This document shows, in pieces, positions 34,110 to 44,690 of a stretch of 64,000 bases of DNA. Position 1 is the stretch's first letter; each line of letters opens with the position of its first letter. The notes under the pieces are model-generated. The model was not told the DNA's origin, did no database searches, and saw only the letters and a list, made by a program, of their open reading frames with translations. Location of the stretch: IMG/VR virus record IMGVR_UViG_3300021138_000014, positions 1 through 64,000 of that record; one strand, given 5' to 3'. Both the position numbers and the translations under genes were made by a program. The DNA comes from a virus.

Positions 34110-35032
34110 AATAGTGCTCTTCTCCCGTGTAGTGAATGCTTAGCGTTTGCTAAACCTATCTCAATCTCTTCCTTGCTCATACCACCTACGTCTTTCTGAT
34201 CAGTGTGGCGGTAGTTAAAAAACCAACATTCAAAATTAAACTCTTTAGACTTCTTCAGCATTTCCTCAGACGAGGCTTTACCAGCGTCGTCGTTGTCTAA
34301 AGCAAAAATAATCTTGCCTGCCCCACGAATAAGGTTTAATTGATCAATAGAAATAATTGAGCCGTAGGTGGACACGCCCCCGTGCACACCTACGGACATC
34401 AACCTGGCCGCATCGAGTGGGGACTCGACAACTACCATCTGATCAAACTGTTGAACGTTCTTGTAACCAAAAAGAGCTTTGCTTTTATGGATACCTGCGG
34501 GAAAATTTTTAAAGTAACGATTAAAGACCCCCTTCTCTTGCCAACCCCACAACTTATTAGTATGCGGGTCGCGTATAGGAAGGATCCATGACTCTTTCTG
34601 ATTGTCGTAAAGGATCTCGTAAAAAGTTGTTGCGGAGGCAGTTAAGCCTCGTGACTTCCGAAGTTCTAGGGGTACGTCAACAAATGCTGCAAGGTTTGCC
34701 TCAGTCAAAGAAAAATATTCTTCTTTGGGCTTTGGCTTAGGTTTTAACGCTGCTTCTAATCGCTTGCCTAATGTGGATGTCACCCAATCGTCTGATTGCT
34801 CTATCGGTGTTCCATTGAGGTAAGCGATTAGAAAGTTAAGTCCGCCTTTAAAGCCACATGAAAAACAAATATGTGCTCCAGTATCGGCGTTGATCCACCA
34901 TGAGGGATTACGATCTATATGACCTGTACGACCCAAGTGACCGGGGCAATAGCCATTGACCTCAGACCCTCTGGTATTGGTAGTTTCAATATTAAGGGTG
35001 TCAAGGATGCGGATTAGTTCGTCGGTGGTCAA
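34106..35032 (-). CDS. DNA primase (Zn finger + TOPRIM)
   Basis: CP.H...CFSCG, VVESPLD, ALDNDDAG, KDVG. Confidence 0.88.
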   Translation of the reverse strand: MTTDELIRILDTLNIETTNTRGSEVNGYCPGHLGRTGHIDRNPSWWINADTGAHICFSCGFKGGLNFLIAYLNGTPIEQSDDWVTSTLGKRLEAALKPKPKPKEEYFSLTEANLAAFVDVPLELRKSRGLTASATTFYEILYDNQKESWILPIRDPHTNKLWGWQEKGVFNRYFKNFPAGIHKSKALFGYKNVQQFDQMVVVESPLDAARLMSVGVHGGVSTYGSIISIDQLNLIRGAGKIIFALDNDDAGKASSEEMLKKSKEFNFECWFFNYRHTDQKDVGGMSKEEIEIGLANAKHSLHGRRALL

Positions 35033-36264
35033 ATGTCGTCCTCTTCAATAACCAACTCACGGAACGTTGCGTTCGCCCAGTCCCAACGGAGGTCAACCTC
35101 CCCAGGTCCTGAGTTACGGCTTGCCACAATAGAAAGTTTGCGGGTGGTATCTGCCCATGTATCGTCTACTTCAAGGGCAAAGACAACGTCGGCGTCTTGG
35201 AAAAACGATGAAGAGTAACCAATTGAGTTAGCGGTAACGCGACCGTTCTCTTTCTTCTTCTCTAGCGCCTGAGTAGTCAAAATAATCGGAACTTTATACT
35301 TTTGAGCAAGCAATTTAAACCCACGAGTCAAGGCAGTTAATGCACGTGGAGTGTCACGTTCTCCGCTTATTTCGTCTGTCATCAAGTAAACACCGTCAAT
35401 GACAACAATGTCTGGTCGGTGGATTTGCATCTTTGCAACTACCCCGGACAAGGTTGTGCCAGAAGCAGAACCCACCAACCAGAACCCGTTGTGAAAGCGA
35501 GACGCTGTGTCATAGGTTCGCTTTAATCGCGCTTCGTCAGGAGCGTTAAGATCACCCGTAAGTAAACGAGATTGAGAAACACGAGCTGCAATAGCGTCAT
35601 ATCGATCGGCCTGCTCGTTGTTATTCATTTCAAAAGAATAAAACATAGGAACCATTTCAGTAGTTCTATGGATGTTATATGCCATCTGCATAGCCAAGGT
35701 TGACTTACCTGTTTTAGGTGTAGCAGTAATAACAATCAACTGACCGGGTTGTAGACCAAGAGTCGCCTTATCAATTGTAGGAAAACCTGTTGGAAGACCT
35801 AGAAGCCCGCCGGGATTCTTCTTTCGATCTAAGTAACGTTGCCAACGAGCCTCGCCAGTCTTTGTAATATCTACGTCATCGGTTTTACTTAGTCCATCAA
35901 GTTCCAACTTGATAAGGGAATTCTGCATTGCGTTAAGGGCGTTTGCATAATCTTTACCTTCAATACTGCTAACGATCTCTCCAGCGGCTGAAGCAATGAC
36001 GTTTTCGCGTCGACGTTGTAATAGGGTGTCCAAAAGATAGTGAATGGAGTCTTCGCCCGGTACGGGGGTATAAGTAGGAAAGTTAGTATTAATTACTTCG
36101 AGGCTTGGTGATTCACCATATGTAGAAAAGTGTTGCTTAACAAAAATCCAAATCTTCTTGTCGGTCTCATCGTTAAACCAACTAGTTCCTACACCGCGTT
36201 CAAACAGCGTTGTTAGGTCGCGATCAATAATCGCTTTACTGAGTAATCTGCTTTCAATATTCAT
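35029..36264 (-). CDS. dnaB: DnaB-like replicative helicase
   Basis: TGFPTID..T.GLQPGQL, PKTGKS, SFEM, VIDGVYLM, QDADVV, SRN. Confidence 0.9.
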   Translation of the reverse strand: MNIESRLLSKAIIDRDLTTLFERGVGTSWFNDETDKKIWIFVKQHFSTYGESPSLEVINTNFPTYTPVPGEDSIHYLLDTLLQRRRENVIASAAGEIVSSIEGKDYANALNAMQNSLIKLELDGLSKTDDVDITKTGEARWQRYLDRKKNPGGLLGLPTGFPTIDKATLGLQPGQLIVITATPKTGKSTLAMQMAYNIHRTTEMVPMFYSFEMNNNEQADRYDAIAARVSQSRLLTGDLNAPDEARLKRTYDTASRFHNGFWLVGSASGTTLSGVVAKMQIHRPDIVVIDGVYLMTDEISGERDTPRALTALTRGFKLLAQKYKVPIILTTQALEKKKENGRVTANSIGYSSSFFQDADVVFALEVDDTWADTTRKLSIVASRNSGPGEVDLRWDWANATFRELVIEEDDI

Positions 36265-36677
36265 AAACGTGTCATATCCATTCCCCAGTGTCCGTATCTG
36301 AGCAATCTATCAGGTTTATCTATCACCCCCAAAACTTCTGGTCTATATGGGAGGGTCTTGATTAACTGATCCATTGAACTGTAGGACGTAAAGTACCTGA
36401 AAGGATTGGTTCCTGCAACATCGAGTTGTTCTTCTAGTTTTATCATCTGCTCGGCGTCAAACGTGTAGGAGACGCACTCGAGCGTGTAAGGTGTGCGATC
36501 GTTATAAAGCCATAAACGGCTTAGAAGGTCGGCTCGTACTTGAGCATGGGTTTTGCGTGTGATCTTTGTTTTAAAAAGTTTTTTTTCTTTTACGTCTGAA
36601 ATCTGCGTGTCAATAAATAGATCGGTTGTTACTAGTACACGCATGGGGATTTCATTGCTTATATCCCCCTTGTACAT
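36261..36677 (-). CDS. hypothetical protein
   Basis: GDISNE..P; LPYRPEV..VID; coupled. Confidence 0.75.
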   Translation of the reverse strand: MYKGDISNEIPMRVLVTTDLFIDTQISDVKEKKLFKTKITRKTHAQVRADLLSRLWLYNDRTPYTLECVSYTFDAEQMIKLEEQLDVAGTNPFRYFTSYSSMDQLIKTLPYRPEVLGVIDKPDRLLRYGHWGMDMTRL

Positions 36678-36991
36678 TAGAACACCTCTATTTTTCCAAA
36701 TTTAATAATGAAGTCCCTAAACGCTTCGTCAGAGTCCTCTGCTTTTTGTGCATCTTCTGGAGTTGTGCGCGTAGAAATCTCGTGAGGATAAGTTCCTCCG
36801 TGTGAATCTATCCTACTCTGAACAAAACGGGTGTGCTTACATGTCTTTCTACCGTTGTAACCTGAGCATGTACAGGTTAAAGCACCGCCGGGTTTAATAC
36901 AAACCTCAAAGATTCCAGGGCCAGGATTACCTGTTGGACTTAAAAAGATCTGTAACAGGCGTATGCCCTCTTCCACAGGTACTCCCCTCAT
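36677..36991 (-). CDS. SWIM zinc-finger protein
   Basis: CTC.......CKH. Confidence 0.7.
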   Translation of the reverse strand: MRGVPVEEGIRLLQIFLSPTGNPGPGIFEVCIKPGGALTCTCSGYNGRKTCKHTRFVQSRIDSHGGTYPHEISTRTTPEDAQKAEDSDEAFRDFIIKFGKIEVF

Positions 36992-37668
36992 CGCGCTCGT
37001 AGATCTCCTTGCGTAGATTTTACCTGAATATTGACAAACGCTTCTTGTGCAAAGCTAGCCAGTGCTGAATTATATTTCACCCACTCAGCCGTTGGAAGAT
37101 TTGAAGTAATAATTGTTGGAAGACAGTTTGAGTATCTAGAACGAAGAACCTCATCTATGATGGAACGTTGCCACCCAGATGCAGATTGAAATTCTTTTCC
37201 GAGGTCATCAATAACAAGAACTTTAATGTTTCTAGACTCTGTTTTTGACTCACCCATAATGCTTTCCCATAGGGCTTCTTTAGTACCCTCAACGTAGTCG
37301 CTCATCAAATACCCGCGAAGGTTTACTAACTTAACGTAAGTAGTAAAAAACACTGGTTGGGTAGCATTAAACGGGAATACATCAAGGCTAACGGTACGCA
37401 TAAGATCTTGAACAAGGGCGGCCGCTACGGTCGTCTTTCCTTGACCGGGCGCTCCAAAAAGCGCAAGCCCTTTACCCGCAAGATCGGTGCCCATAACATC
37501 AATAACTTTCCCTGACTTAACAAGATCCATCCATGTCAAAATGTCATCCATGTCGTTGGGAGAAATCTCGGTGCAGTCGCTTAGTTCTCTGCCAATGTAC
37601 TTTGGAGGAATCTGAGAAGACTGTACCCATGATTGTCTACGAAACTTTAGATCGTCAAGGTTATACAT
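36988..37668 (-). CDS. DnaC/IstB-like AAA+ helicase loader
   Basis: GAPGQGKT, LVIDDLGKE, R.RY....PTIITSN. Confidence 0.85.
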   Translation of the reverse strand: MYNLDDLKFRRQSWVQSSQIPPKYIGRELSDCTEISPNDMDDILTWMDLVKSGKVIDVMGTDLAGKGLALFGAPGQGKTTVAAALVQDLMRTVSLDVFPFNATQPVFFTTYVKLVNLRGYLMSDYVEGTKEALWESIMGESKTESRNIKVLVIDDLGKEFQSASGWQRSIIDEVLRSRYSNCLPTIITSNLPTAEWVKYNSALASFAQEAFVNIQVKSTQGDLRAR

Positions 37669-38614
37669 TTTCTCCCCGTGCCTTCGCTAGTTCTGCCTTC
37701 AACTTCTTAGATTGAATCTCGCGCAAGCGATCATACTCAACCTGTTGATCAGGGGAAATGTACTCGTCTTTAGCCATAGACGCTAGTTGGCTGAACTGAT
37801 AAATGAAAAACTTCCAAACAGCATCCGCGGTCTTAAATTGATCGATCTCGATTTGGGTAAACAGAATTTCCAGCATTCTGCATTCGATTTCTCCGTTAGT
37901 GCTGTACTTAGTACGGGCTAGGCGTAGCGCTGAAACAAAGCCAGTTTTGTTAACTTCAGTGATGCTAATGTTGAAATGGTTTCGACATTCATCCATGAAG
38001 TGGTAGAAAATATCCTGGGTTCCCCAAGTGTTTCGTGGTTTCTTATAACGCGTGTCTTTTGCGCTTTCGTGCTGTCGCTCTTGCTTATACCGCCATGCAT
38101 CCGCTTTCTCCTTTTCACGTTGCAAAGCCGACTTTTTAAAAGAATCCTCCTGCTCAAGTTGCCAGTCGGATTTGGCGCGGGCGGAACTTAATAATGGATC
38201 AGGCATGAATCGCACCTCGAATTCGTCGTTTTCCTCATCGCGAACTTCGTTCGCGTGCTTTTTCTTTATAGATTCATAAGAACTATAAAGTTCTATAGAC
38301 CCCATTGAACCTATCGGTTGGTTTTGAACATTTGCAACAAGTTCGGAAACTTCCACAGGTTGAAAGATCACCTCGGCCGTTCCAAACAAAATCTCCGTGG
38401 CTTGAGTAAAAATGTTTTGCCGGATAAACCCATCATTGACTTTATTGGTCAAAAGTTTAATGTAACCCTTTTCTCGGATCCCCTTAAGCAGCTTCCTCGC
38501 CTTGTAGGTAGAAAGCTCATACTCCTTGCTAACAGAAAACTCGTTGATCACCGTGGGCTTATCCGCCCATAGGAGATGGAGAAGTCCATGCTCCTCTACG
38601 GTAAGTCTGCTCAC
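37661..38614 (-). CDS. putative replication initiator (N-terminal wHTH)
   Basis: N-terminal wHTH-like segment; directly upstream of DnaC-like/DnaB/primase. Confidence 0.5.
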   Translation of the reverse strand: MSRLTVEEHGLLHLLWADKPTVINEFSVSKEYELSTYKARKLLKGIREKGYIKLLTNKVNDGFIRQNIFTQATEILFGTAEVIFQPVEVSELVANVQNQPIGSMGSIELYSSYESIKKKHANEVRDEENDEFEVRFMPDPLLSSARAKSDWQLEQEDSFKKSALQREKEKADAWRYKQERQHESAKDTRYKKPRNTWGTQDIFYHFMDECRNHFNISITEVNKTGFVSALRLARTKYSTNGEIECRMLEILFTQIEIDQFKTADAVWKFFIYQFSQLASMAKDEYISPDQQVEYDRLREIQSKKLKAELAKARGENV

Positions 38615-39219
38615 AGGGCCTCTTCGATTTCCTTAATAGCTTTCTTGATGACCTTCAGGCGCTCGCTGATGTAGTCCATAGCAACTTCTGGGGTGGTCTC
38701 TGGCAGGGCGAAATCTAGCACCTCTGGCTTTGTGAGCGCTTCAGGCTCCTCATCTAGGGTTGGATCCTCAACAGGCTTCTCAAAGGCTTTAACGCCCTCT
38801 ACAGGGCTAATTTCAGCCAAACCTAGGCAAAGGTCTAATGAAGGGATCCCAGCCTCTTGGCACGCGGAAAGGGTGGCTAAGCAATGTGGGTCACTTTCCG
38901 ACCACAGAATAAACGCCTCAGCTTCCTCCCCAGAAAAGTCGTCCACAATGGCTTGGTATGGGTCAGACGTTTCCGACAGGGTCGCCCCGCCGATCTGAGT
39001 CAAGTTGGTATTTGGTTTTGAGAGCACCACGGTTGGGATGTTAAGCCCAGTAGCAATCTGGTGGGCATATATCTGACCTTGGCTTGGTCGATCCTCAAAT
39101 GGCAACACTAAAACGTGCGAACGTTTGTACGCCATGAAATAGTCTTCTAATAAGGCTTCTACGTTAGTTCTGGTTGTTTCCCCATAACCAGCAACAATGA
39201 TGAACTTCTCTTTTGCCAT
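38611..39219 (-). CDS. hypothetical protein (Rossmann-like N-terminus)
   Basis: GAGGAGG RBS; IIVAG.G...R.NVEALL. Confidence 0.7.
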   Translation of the reverse strand: MAKEKFIIVAGYGETTRTNVEALLEDYFMAYKRSHVLVLPFEDRPSQGQIYAHQIATGLNIPTVVLSKPNTNLTQIGGATLSETSDPYQAIVDDFSGEEAEAFILWSESDPHCLATLSACQEAGIPSLDLCLGLAEISPVEGVKAFEKPVEDPTLDEEPEALTKPEVLDFALPETTPEVAMDYISERLKVIKKAIKEIEEAL

Positions 39220-39242
39220 GCTTCCTCCTCTGAGAGGTGGTC

Positions 39243-39271
39243 AGCATACATAGGTCAGCCCATTGCGTCTA
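39243..39271 (-). promoter_or_regulatory. SigA-like promoter of replication operon
   Basis: TAGACG-N17-TATGCT. Confidence 0.6.
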
Positions 39272-39275
39272 ATTC

Positions 39276-41798
39276 TTAGCCTAGGACTCCCGGCTGTGCT
39301 ATCAAAAGGCGGAAAGTAGTGCCATTCATAACATAATTTGGCAAATCCAACTTAAGGCGTCCGTAGGAGGACGTATAGTTCCTGTAATAGTGGCTTCGGC
39401 TGGCCGCCACTGTTCCCTCCCAAAATAGATCCGACGGAGAACTAAATCCGCCTGAACCGTCAAAATAGTCAGACATTACAGACGCTTGTTCAAACAGTAC
39501 TGAGTCAACCCAAAGGTTATTTGCTGGCGAAGTTCCTGTTGTTGGGTTAGACCACACAAGCGCAGCTTTTGCATATGCCGCATTATTCGGAGCTTGCTGG
39601 GAGTAAGAGAACCGAGAAAAATCACCAGTTTTATTTTGGATTAATTCTCCGTTCGTTCCTGTTGTTAAAGGTAGATCTGCGTGAGATACGTACACTGTTA
39701 TGTAGTCAACGGTTGTAGAAACAATGGAGTAATTTCCATTAATACCACTAACAAAATTAATAAGGCTAACTGACATCCCAGCTGCTAGATCATTTTCAAA
39801 GTATATAGTCATCAATCCACCACTAATACTATAAGTAGTAGGCGTGTAGTATTCCGACCAAGGATGAACAGTATCATTTACTGTATTAATAAGCGCATTA
39901 GACGAGTCATACCAAGATATAGACATATACCCAAGTTTGTCAGAGGTATAAATTCCTGTGTAGTTTGTTTGTACATAGGCACTTAGTGTGTAGTACAACC
40001 CACCAAGAATAGGGATGTAATTATCATATTTAAAAGTAAGGGGAGAAGTACTAGTAGCAGTAAGTTTTGCTGATTGATAGCTTGCGCTAGTGTCAGACTC
40101 AAAGTTTGTTAAATCAACAAGCGCAGTGCCGTTAGTTACTGTCCAAGGAGCAATTCCTGATACAAAACTAGGATTAGTTATTTCATTAACTCGGTTTGCT
40201 TTTAGTGTGATCAATAAACCTCGAGCATCTTTAAATGACGTTGCGGATGACCCAAGTTCAAATTGACCCGCGTCAAAGTAATGGTATTCACTTCCGACGC
40301 CGCCGTAGATCTTTATAGAAGGTACGGCGTAGTATGCAGGACTAGTAGTAGCAGAGATAATTACTCCATTAACCGTTTGAGCAGTACTTACTGTGCTAGT
40401 AACTGCATATGAAATAGTATTACTTGTTACAGCAGTAATTGTTTGGGATCCATCAAATGGTGCACCTATAGCACTTACTTTTACAATAGAGCCTACAGTT
40501 AAATTATGGTTTGCTGAAAGCGTAAGCGTAGCAACATTAGTTAGGGTAACGGCAGCTGAAATAACGCTACCCTTGAATCCCGGAGCAACGCCTGTCACGC
40601 TTAGACGAGTTCCCCAATAACCTGTGGTGTTATTGACTTTTACTTCGGAACTAGCGCCCAATGAAACACCGTTTTGATCAAACCAATAGAGCTTTGTTCC
40701 AATGCTTCTTGGGGTTGACCCAGCAAAGGTATACATAGAGAACGTGTAGGTGCTACCAGCAGTAATTGGGATCCCTTGATTTTTTGGATCTGTGTAGCCA
40801 CATGCAAATTCTGCGTCTTCAGGGTAATTAAGTTCTACTTGTAGAACACCCAAATTAGAGTTAGGGCTACCAACAGCAACTAGCGTTCCTTCTTGGAAAG
40901 GTGGTACCGAAGGAGTTTCGTTTGTTATTGGCCACTGATTTAAACTAGGGCCAGTAATACTCGTATCAAAAGCGTTCCAATGTCCGACGCCACTTTCAAA
41001 CGAGGAGTCGTCATAACTAAGCATCAGATTGTTGTTAACATTAATAATTGGTTCATAAGCACTAAAAGTTTTAATGTAATTGCTAATGCCGTTTGTTGAT
41101 CCTTTAAGTTGGTTAATCAACGCCACGTTTGCTAGTTCTGCACGGGAACGCTGGTAACCTAATTCAGGTTCAAACTTTAAACCAAATTGTTGAAACATCA
41201 CTGGAAGCAACGGGTAATATGTACTATTAATATCATACGTATTCCATGCAAAATCAGCATGCGTGTGTAAAAAGTCTAAATAAAAATCAAAGATATTTAA
41301 GTAACTTTGCAAGTCTGTATTATCTACCCCGCCTAATCCAGACGTCAGATCTGTTGTTTTGTAAATATTTGGCAACATGTCATAACTTGATTGACCGTTA
41401 TACTGTTTTACCGAAACACCAGAAACTTGACCGGATAATTGCCACTGCTTTAGGGTAGTCGAATAAACAAAAATACTATAGTAATACGCAGCGCCAGACT
41501 GTAAACCAACATTATTTGGCACCTGACCTTTATCAGTATACGTATTTGGAGTTCCTGATTTAGTGGCAGTAAGAATCACATCACCGTCTTCAATAGACAG
41601 TGGAAAACCATATTTGTTTCTTACTAACTTTAAAAGAGACCAATCCGCAGCAGTGCTACTTGTTGGGACGTTCCAACTAAGGTTAATAGTGTTATAACCA
41701 ATAGAAGCAGAGGTAAAAGGCTCAGCACTGTAGGCAACGCTAAAGTTGCTAGTACCGTAAACTCCTGTTCCATAATAGGAAACGCCATAAATTGCCAT
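39276..41798 (-). CDS. baseplate wedge/tail protein (FN3-like + P2 gpI-like + carbohydrate-binding-like domains)
   Basis: LP.IY..D, L..YL..F, KGS..GI; SFE.G...W, NPSF; follows baseplate J. Confidence 0.7.
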   Translation of the reverse strand: MAIYGVSYYGTGVYGTSNFSVAYSAEPFTSASIGYNTINLSWNVPTSSTAADWSLLKLVRNKYGFPLSIEDGDVILTATKSGTPNTYTDKGQVPNNVGLQSGAAYYYSIFVYSTTLKQWQLSGQVSGVSVKQYNGQSSYDMLPNIYKTTDLTSGLGGVDNTDLQSYLNIFDFYLDFLHTHADFAWNTYDINSTYYPLLPVMFQQFGLKFEPELGYQRSRAELANVALINQLKGSTNGISNYIKTFSAYEPIINVNNNLMLSYDDSSFESGVGHWNAFDTSITGPSLNQWPITNETPSVPPFQEGTLVAVGSPNSNLGVLQVELNYPEDAEFACGYTDPKNQGIPITAGSTYTFSMYTFAGSTPRSIGTKLYWFDQNGVSLGASSEVKVNNTTGYWGTRLSVTGVAPGFKGSVISAAVTLTNVATLTLSANHNLTVGSIVKVSAIGAPFDGSQTITAVTSNTISYAVTSTVSTAQTVNGVIISATTSPAYYAVPSIKIYGGVGSEYHYFDAGQFELGSSATSFKDARGLLITLKANRVNEITNPSFVSGIAPWTVTNGTALVDLTNFESDTSASYQSAKLTATSTSPLTFKYDNYIPILGGLYYTLSAYVQTNYTGIYTSDKLGYMSISWYDSSNALINTVNDTVHPWSEYYTPTTYSISGGLMTIYFENDLAAGMSVSLINFVSGINGNYSIVSTTVDYITVYVSHADLPLTTGTNGELIQNKTGDFSRFSYSQQAPNNAAYAKAALVWSNPTTGTSPANNLWVDSVLFEQASVMSDYFDGSGGFSSPSDLFWEGTVAASRSHYYRNYTSSYGRLKLDLPNYVMNGTTFRLLIAQPGVLG

Positions 41799-41801
41799 TT
41801 G

Positions 41802-42290
41802 TTATCCAAAAATTCCAAGAACTAGGGCATTGTTAATATCATTGGAAGTAATTGCAGACGCATATAAAGATCCATTAGCTGAAATGGAAGCAACTACTGT
41901 TCCAGAACTATTTGTCCAGTTTTGCAGGTTTGCAGTCTGACCAGACGCACCAGTAACAGTTAAACCGACATTTGAAGCCGATGAATTAGTAATAACGTCT
42001 CCACCAGTTCGGTGCACGTACTGCGTGTGAACGTCTTGAACAATACCCTGCTCAATATTTGCTAAGCGAGCAGTTAATGATGGGTAAGTAAACGCTGTTG
42101 GGTTATAAACTGGGTTAGATCCTGTTGGATTTGCATATGTGGTAACAGATGTTCCTGGGGTTAAGCCAACAACGCTTTCAATTGCCATAACTTCATTTTG
42201 AATGTTATTAATATCGGCAGCGTAAATGGTTTCAGTGTTGTCTACCTTGGTAGTAAACGGAAATACGGATCCTGGGTATGTGGCTGTCAT
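41802..42290 (-). CDS. minor tail protein
   Basis: A.YP.S...FTTKVD, A.DIN.IQ.EV.AIE. Confidence 0.65.
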   Translation of the reverse strand: MTATYPGSVFPFTTKVDNTETIYAADINNIQNEVMAIESVVGLTPGTSVTTYANPTGSNPVYNPTAFTYPSLTARLANIEQGIVQDVHTQYVHRTGGDVITNSSASNVGLTVTGASGQTANLQNWTNSSGTVVASISANGSLYASAITSNDINNALVLGIFG

Positions 42291-42301
42291 TTATTTATCC
42301 T

Positions 42302-43786
42302 TTACGAGTTGATTCCGCCAGTAGAGACGATATTTAAGGTTCCAGTTTGTGGAATTTCATTTACAGCAAAACTTAGGTCGCCAACACCACTTTGCAGGGA
42401 GGCGTCCGCGCGTACAAGTAGCCCAATATTTGAAGAATACACACCGTCTACTGCTGATAAGACCGCATAAATATCATGAACTGTGATCTTGTCATTAAAC
42501 GTCACATTATCAAAAGCAAGAAGGCTTTGAAGCGCTGCCGTAACACTAGTAACAATAGATGAGTTTCTGTATTGTGGGAGCGCCTGTACGATTACAGTAA
42601 TATTTACGCCAACAAACGTAGGTGGCTGTAAAGTAATAGACACATTTGGAGGAGTTTTTCCTGTAAAGAATGTATTTAATTTAGTTCCTAGGTTTGTAAA
42701 CGCGGTACTCACGTTTCCATAAGCGTCTAAACCAGTGTCACCATTTGGCGCAATAAAAAGGTTGATACTTGAATAAACCGATCCCGAGGCACTAGCCTTT
42801 GCAACACCTGATACCTGAACAGCAAGAGCTGCATAATCGTTGAGTGTCACAGCCCGGTTAACTGCGCTTGTTGCAAGGGGAGCGTTAACTCGAATAGAGT
42901 CTGTGGACTCGGCATCTGCGCCACCTGTTGCCGCTGCTGGGTTAGTTACTGTCACACCAGAAATTGGTGAAATAAAGTTTGTAATTGTTGCAGCATTTAC
43001 GTTACCAAAAGAACCACCGCCATAACGGTAGGTAACAAGGATACTTGAGTTTGCTGGAGGGACTCTACCGCTTACGCCATCACCAAATACAACGCTTGTT
43101 ACACCATTAGCATCTACTGTAGTTGTAAACGCGGGGTCTGTTCCCGCCGATTCAAGGAGGTATTGAACGTAGTTATACTGCGTCCCACTAACATTTACGT
43201 TAATACTTCCTTCAATAACTGGTTGATTCAGTAAAGAGTACGTTTGATCAGCGGTTCCGTCAGATGGCCCGATAGATTCGTTGTATGCAGTTTGACCCTG
43301 CACCGCGGTAACTGAGGCTGATCCAGAAACAATGGTCACACCATCGCCAGCATATGTCGCTGCTGGAATAACCACATCAGAAGAGGTCTCAAAAACTACT
43401 TCCGTGTTAGAACCATTAACAATTGCTGTACTAGATATTTGAGTTCCCAACGGGATATCAACGGCAGAAAAGGTACTATTTGTAAAATACAAAGTGGTAG
43501 ACGCTGGGTTCGTATTTGTTGGCGTATACCCAAGCATTTTGGCAATGGCAAGTACGCTAGTTCTTTGGCTTGCCGTGCTAATAAACGCCTCGTTTGCTGC
43601 ACGGTCAATATAAAAGTTTAATACGTCGCCCATATGAGCAAAAACCTCAAGGATGGCAATAGCCAAATCTGCTGGGTCTCTGGTTGTTAGATTTGGGGCA
43701 AAGATAGGGATCAACGCGTAGAGATCATCGCGAATTGCTGGGTAATCGCGCGAGGTAAAGTCTACTTGCGGGATGTAATTAGCCAT
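42302..43786 (-). CDS. baseplate J-like wedge protein
   Basis: DFTSRDY, FYIDR.ANE, FGDGVSG.VP, GGADAES, RAVT..DY. Confidence 0.9.
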   Translation of the reverse strand: MANYIPQVDFTSRDYPAIRDDLYALIPIFAPNLTTRDPADLAIAILEVFAHMGDVLNFYIDRAANEAFISTASQRTSVLAIAKMLGYTPTNTNPASTTLYFTNSTFSAVDIPLGTQISSTAIVNGSNTEVVFETSSDVVIPAATYAGDGVTIVSGSASVTAVQGQTAYNESIGPSDGTADQTYSLLNQPVIEGSINVNVSGTQYNYVQYLLESAGTDPAFTTTVDANGVTSVVFGDGVSGRVPPANSSILVTYRYGGGSFGNVNAATITNFISPISGVTVTNPAAATGGADAESTDSIRVNAPLATSAVNRAVTLNDYAALAVQVSGVAKASASGSVYSSINLFIAPNGDTGLDAYGNVSTAFTNLGTKLNTFFTGKTPPNVSITLQPPTFVGVNITVIVQALPQYRNSSIVTSVTAALQSLLAFDNVTFNDKITVHDIYAVLSAVDGVYSSNIGLLVRADASLQSGVGDLSFAVNEIPQTGTLNIVSTGGINS

Positions 43787-44193
43787 TACTGGATCTCCTG
43801 AATCAGCGTGCCAGATCGAGTAAACGATCCAACTTTAAGCGTTACTTGGTCATTTACTTTTGTTGGAAGTTTATAGTCTACCGTTATTATAAGAACCATA
43901 TCGTCTGTATTCACAGTATCCATTTTTGTATCTACATGGATCAAAGTAAGGTCAGTTAAAAATGTAGCGAAAGCTGCGGTCACCGCTTCGGTTGCCCTGA
44001 TTAAGGCATCGCTCTCGTTATCAAATACAAGATTTGGAATCTCTGTCCCAAACGTTGGGCGCTGGACGCGTGTTCCTACAGGAGTCATTAAGGTAGCAAT
44101 GACTCGATCCATAACTTGCTTTCGTTCATTGTCAGTGACGTTTGTTCCGCCACCAGAGTTAACTGCAAACGGTAAAGAGAATGCAACACCCAT
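43786..44193 (-). CDS. baseplate wedge gp25/GpW-like
   Basis: SLPF, T.VG.RV.RP.FG. Confidence 0.85.
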   Translation of the reverse strand: MGVAFSLPFAVNSGGGTNVTDNERKQVMDRVIATLMTPVGTRVQRPTFGTEIPNLVFDNESDALIRATEAVTAAFATFLTDLTLIHVDTKMDTVNTDDMVLIITVDYKLPTKVNDQVTLKVGSFTRSGTLIQEIQ

Positions 44194-44690
44194 TAGAAAA
44201 CCCCTAACCAGACGGGATGATTTGGATCTCCGCCTTCAAACATAACCCAAACTCCTTGTTTGAGATCCGGAACAGTTCTATGTGGTGTGTGCTCGTATGT
44301 ATTAGCCGCATCGTTGTACGCTTGCCCTGACGCAGAGTTCCATTTTTTAGACGGGGTTGCCGTAGTTTGATGTGGATGCTTAAGAGTTCCTGCCCCAGCT
44401 TTTGCAACTACCGTTAATGCGGGAATTGAATGCGTATGAGACGGGCTTCCACCAGAGCCTGTATTAGAAACTGATGTTGTAAGCAACGCCGCTACGTCAG
44501 AGGCTAAGTGTGCTACATGGTCAGGGTGATTAGAGTTGTTAGTTACTGGAAGACATGGGTAAGCCCAATCAGTAACGGCCTGTCCCAAAACTTGAGGTAC
44601 TTGTAACTTAATTCTATTTTTAAGTAAAGGATCATTATTTTCTTGACAAATCCCGCGGTAGATACCATAAAAAAGTTTAGATGTATCCAT
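44193..44690 (-). CDS. baseplate spike, gp5/gpV OB-fold with His-rich insertion
   Basis: GIYRG...NNDP...RIKLQVP...WA.P; VP...QGVWVMFEGGDP..PVWLG. Confidence 0.8.
   Translation of the reverse strand: MDTSKLFYGIYRGICQENNDPLLKNRIKLQVPQVLGQAVTDWAYPCLPVTNNSNHPDHVAHLASDVAALLTTSVSNTGSGGSPSHTHSIPALTVVAKAGAGTLKHPHQTTATPSKKWNSASGQAYNDAANTYEHTPHRTVPDLKQGVWVMFEGGDPNHPVWLGVF

Noticed and set aside
9940-36264. Inteins or introns in NrdJ, RecA, PolA, SNF2 or DnaB
   Set aside because: Protein lengths are normal with contiguous motifs; no intein splice motifs or homing endonuclease seen
38239-38256. Second LexA box (CGAAC-TTC-GTTCG) in the putative initiator gene
   Set aside because: Spacer is 3 bp rather than 4 and it lies in coding sequence; the adjacent AT-rich 9-bp periodicity (38267-38320) is too weak to call an origin
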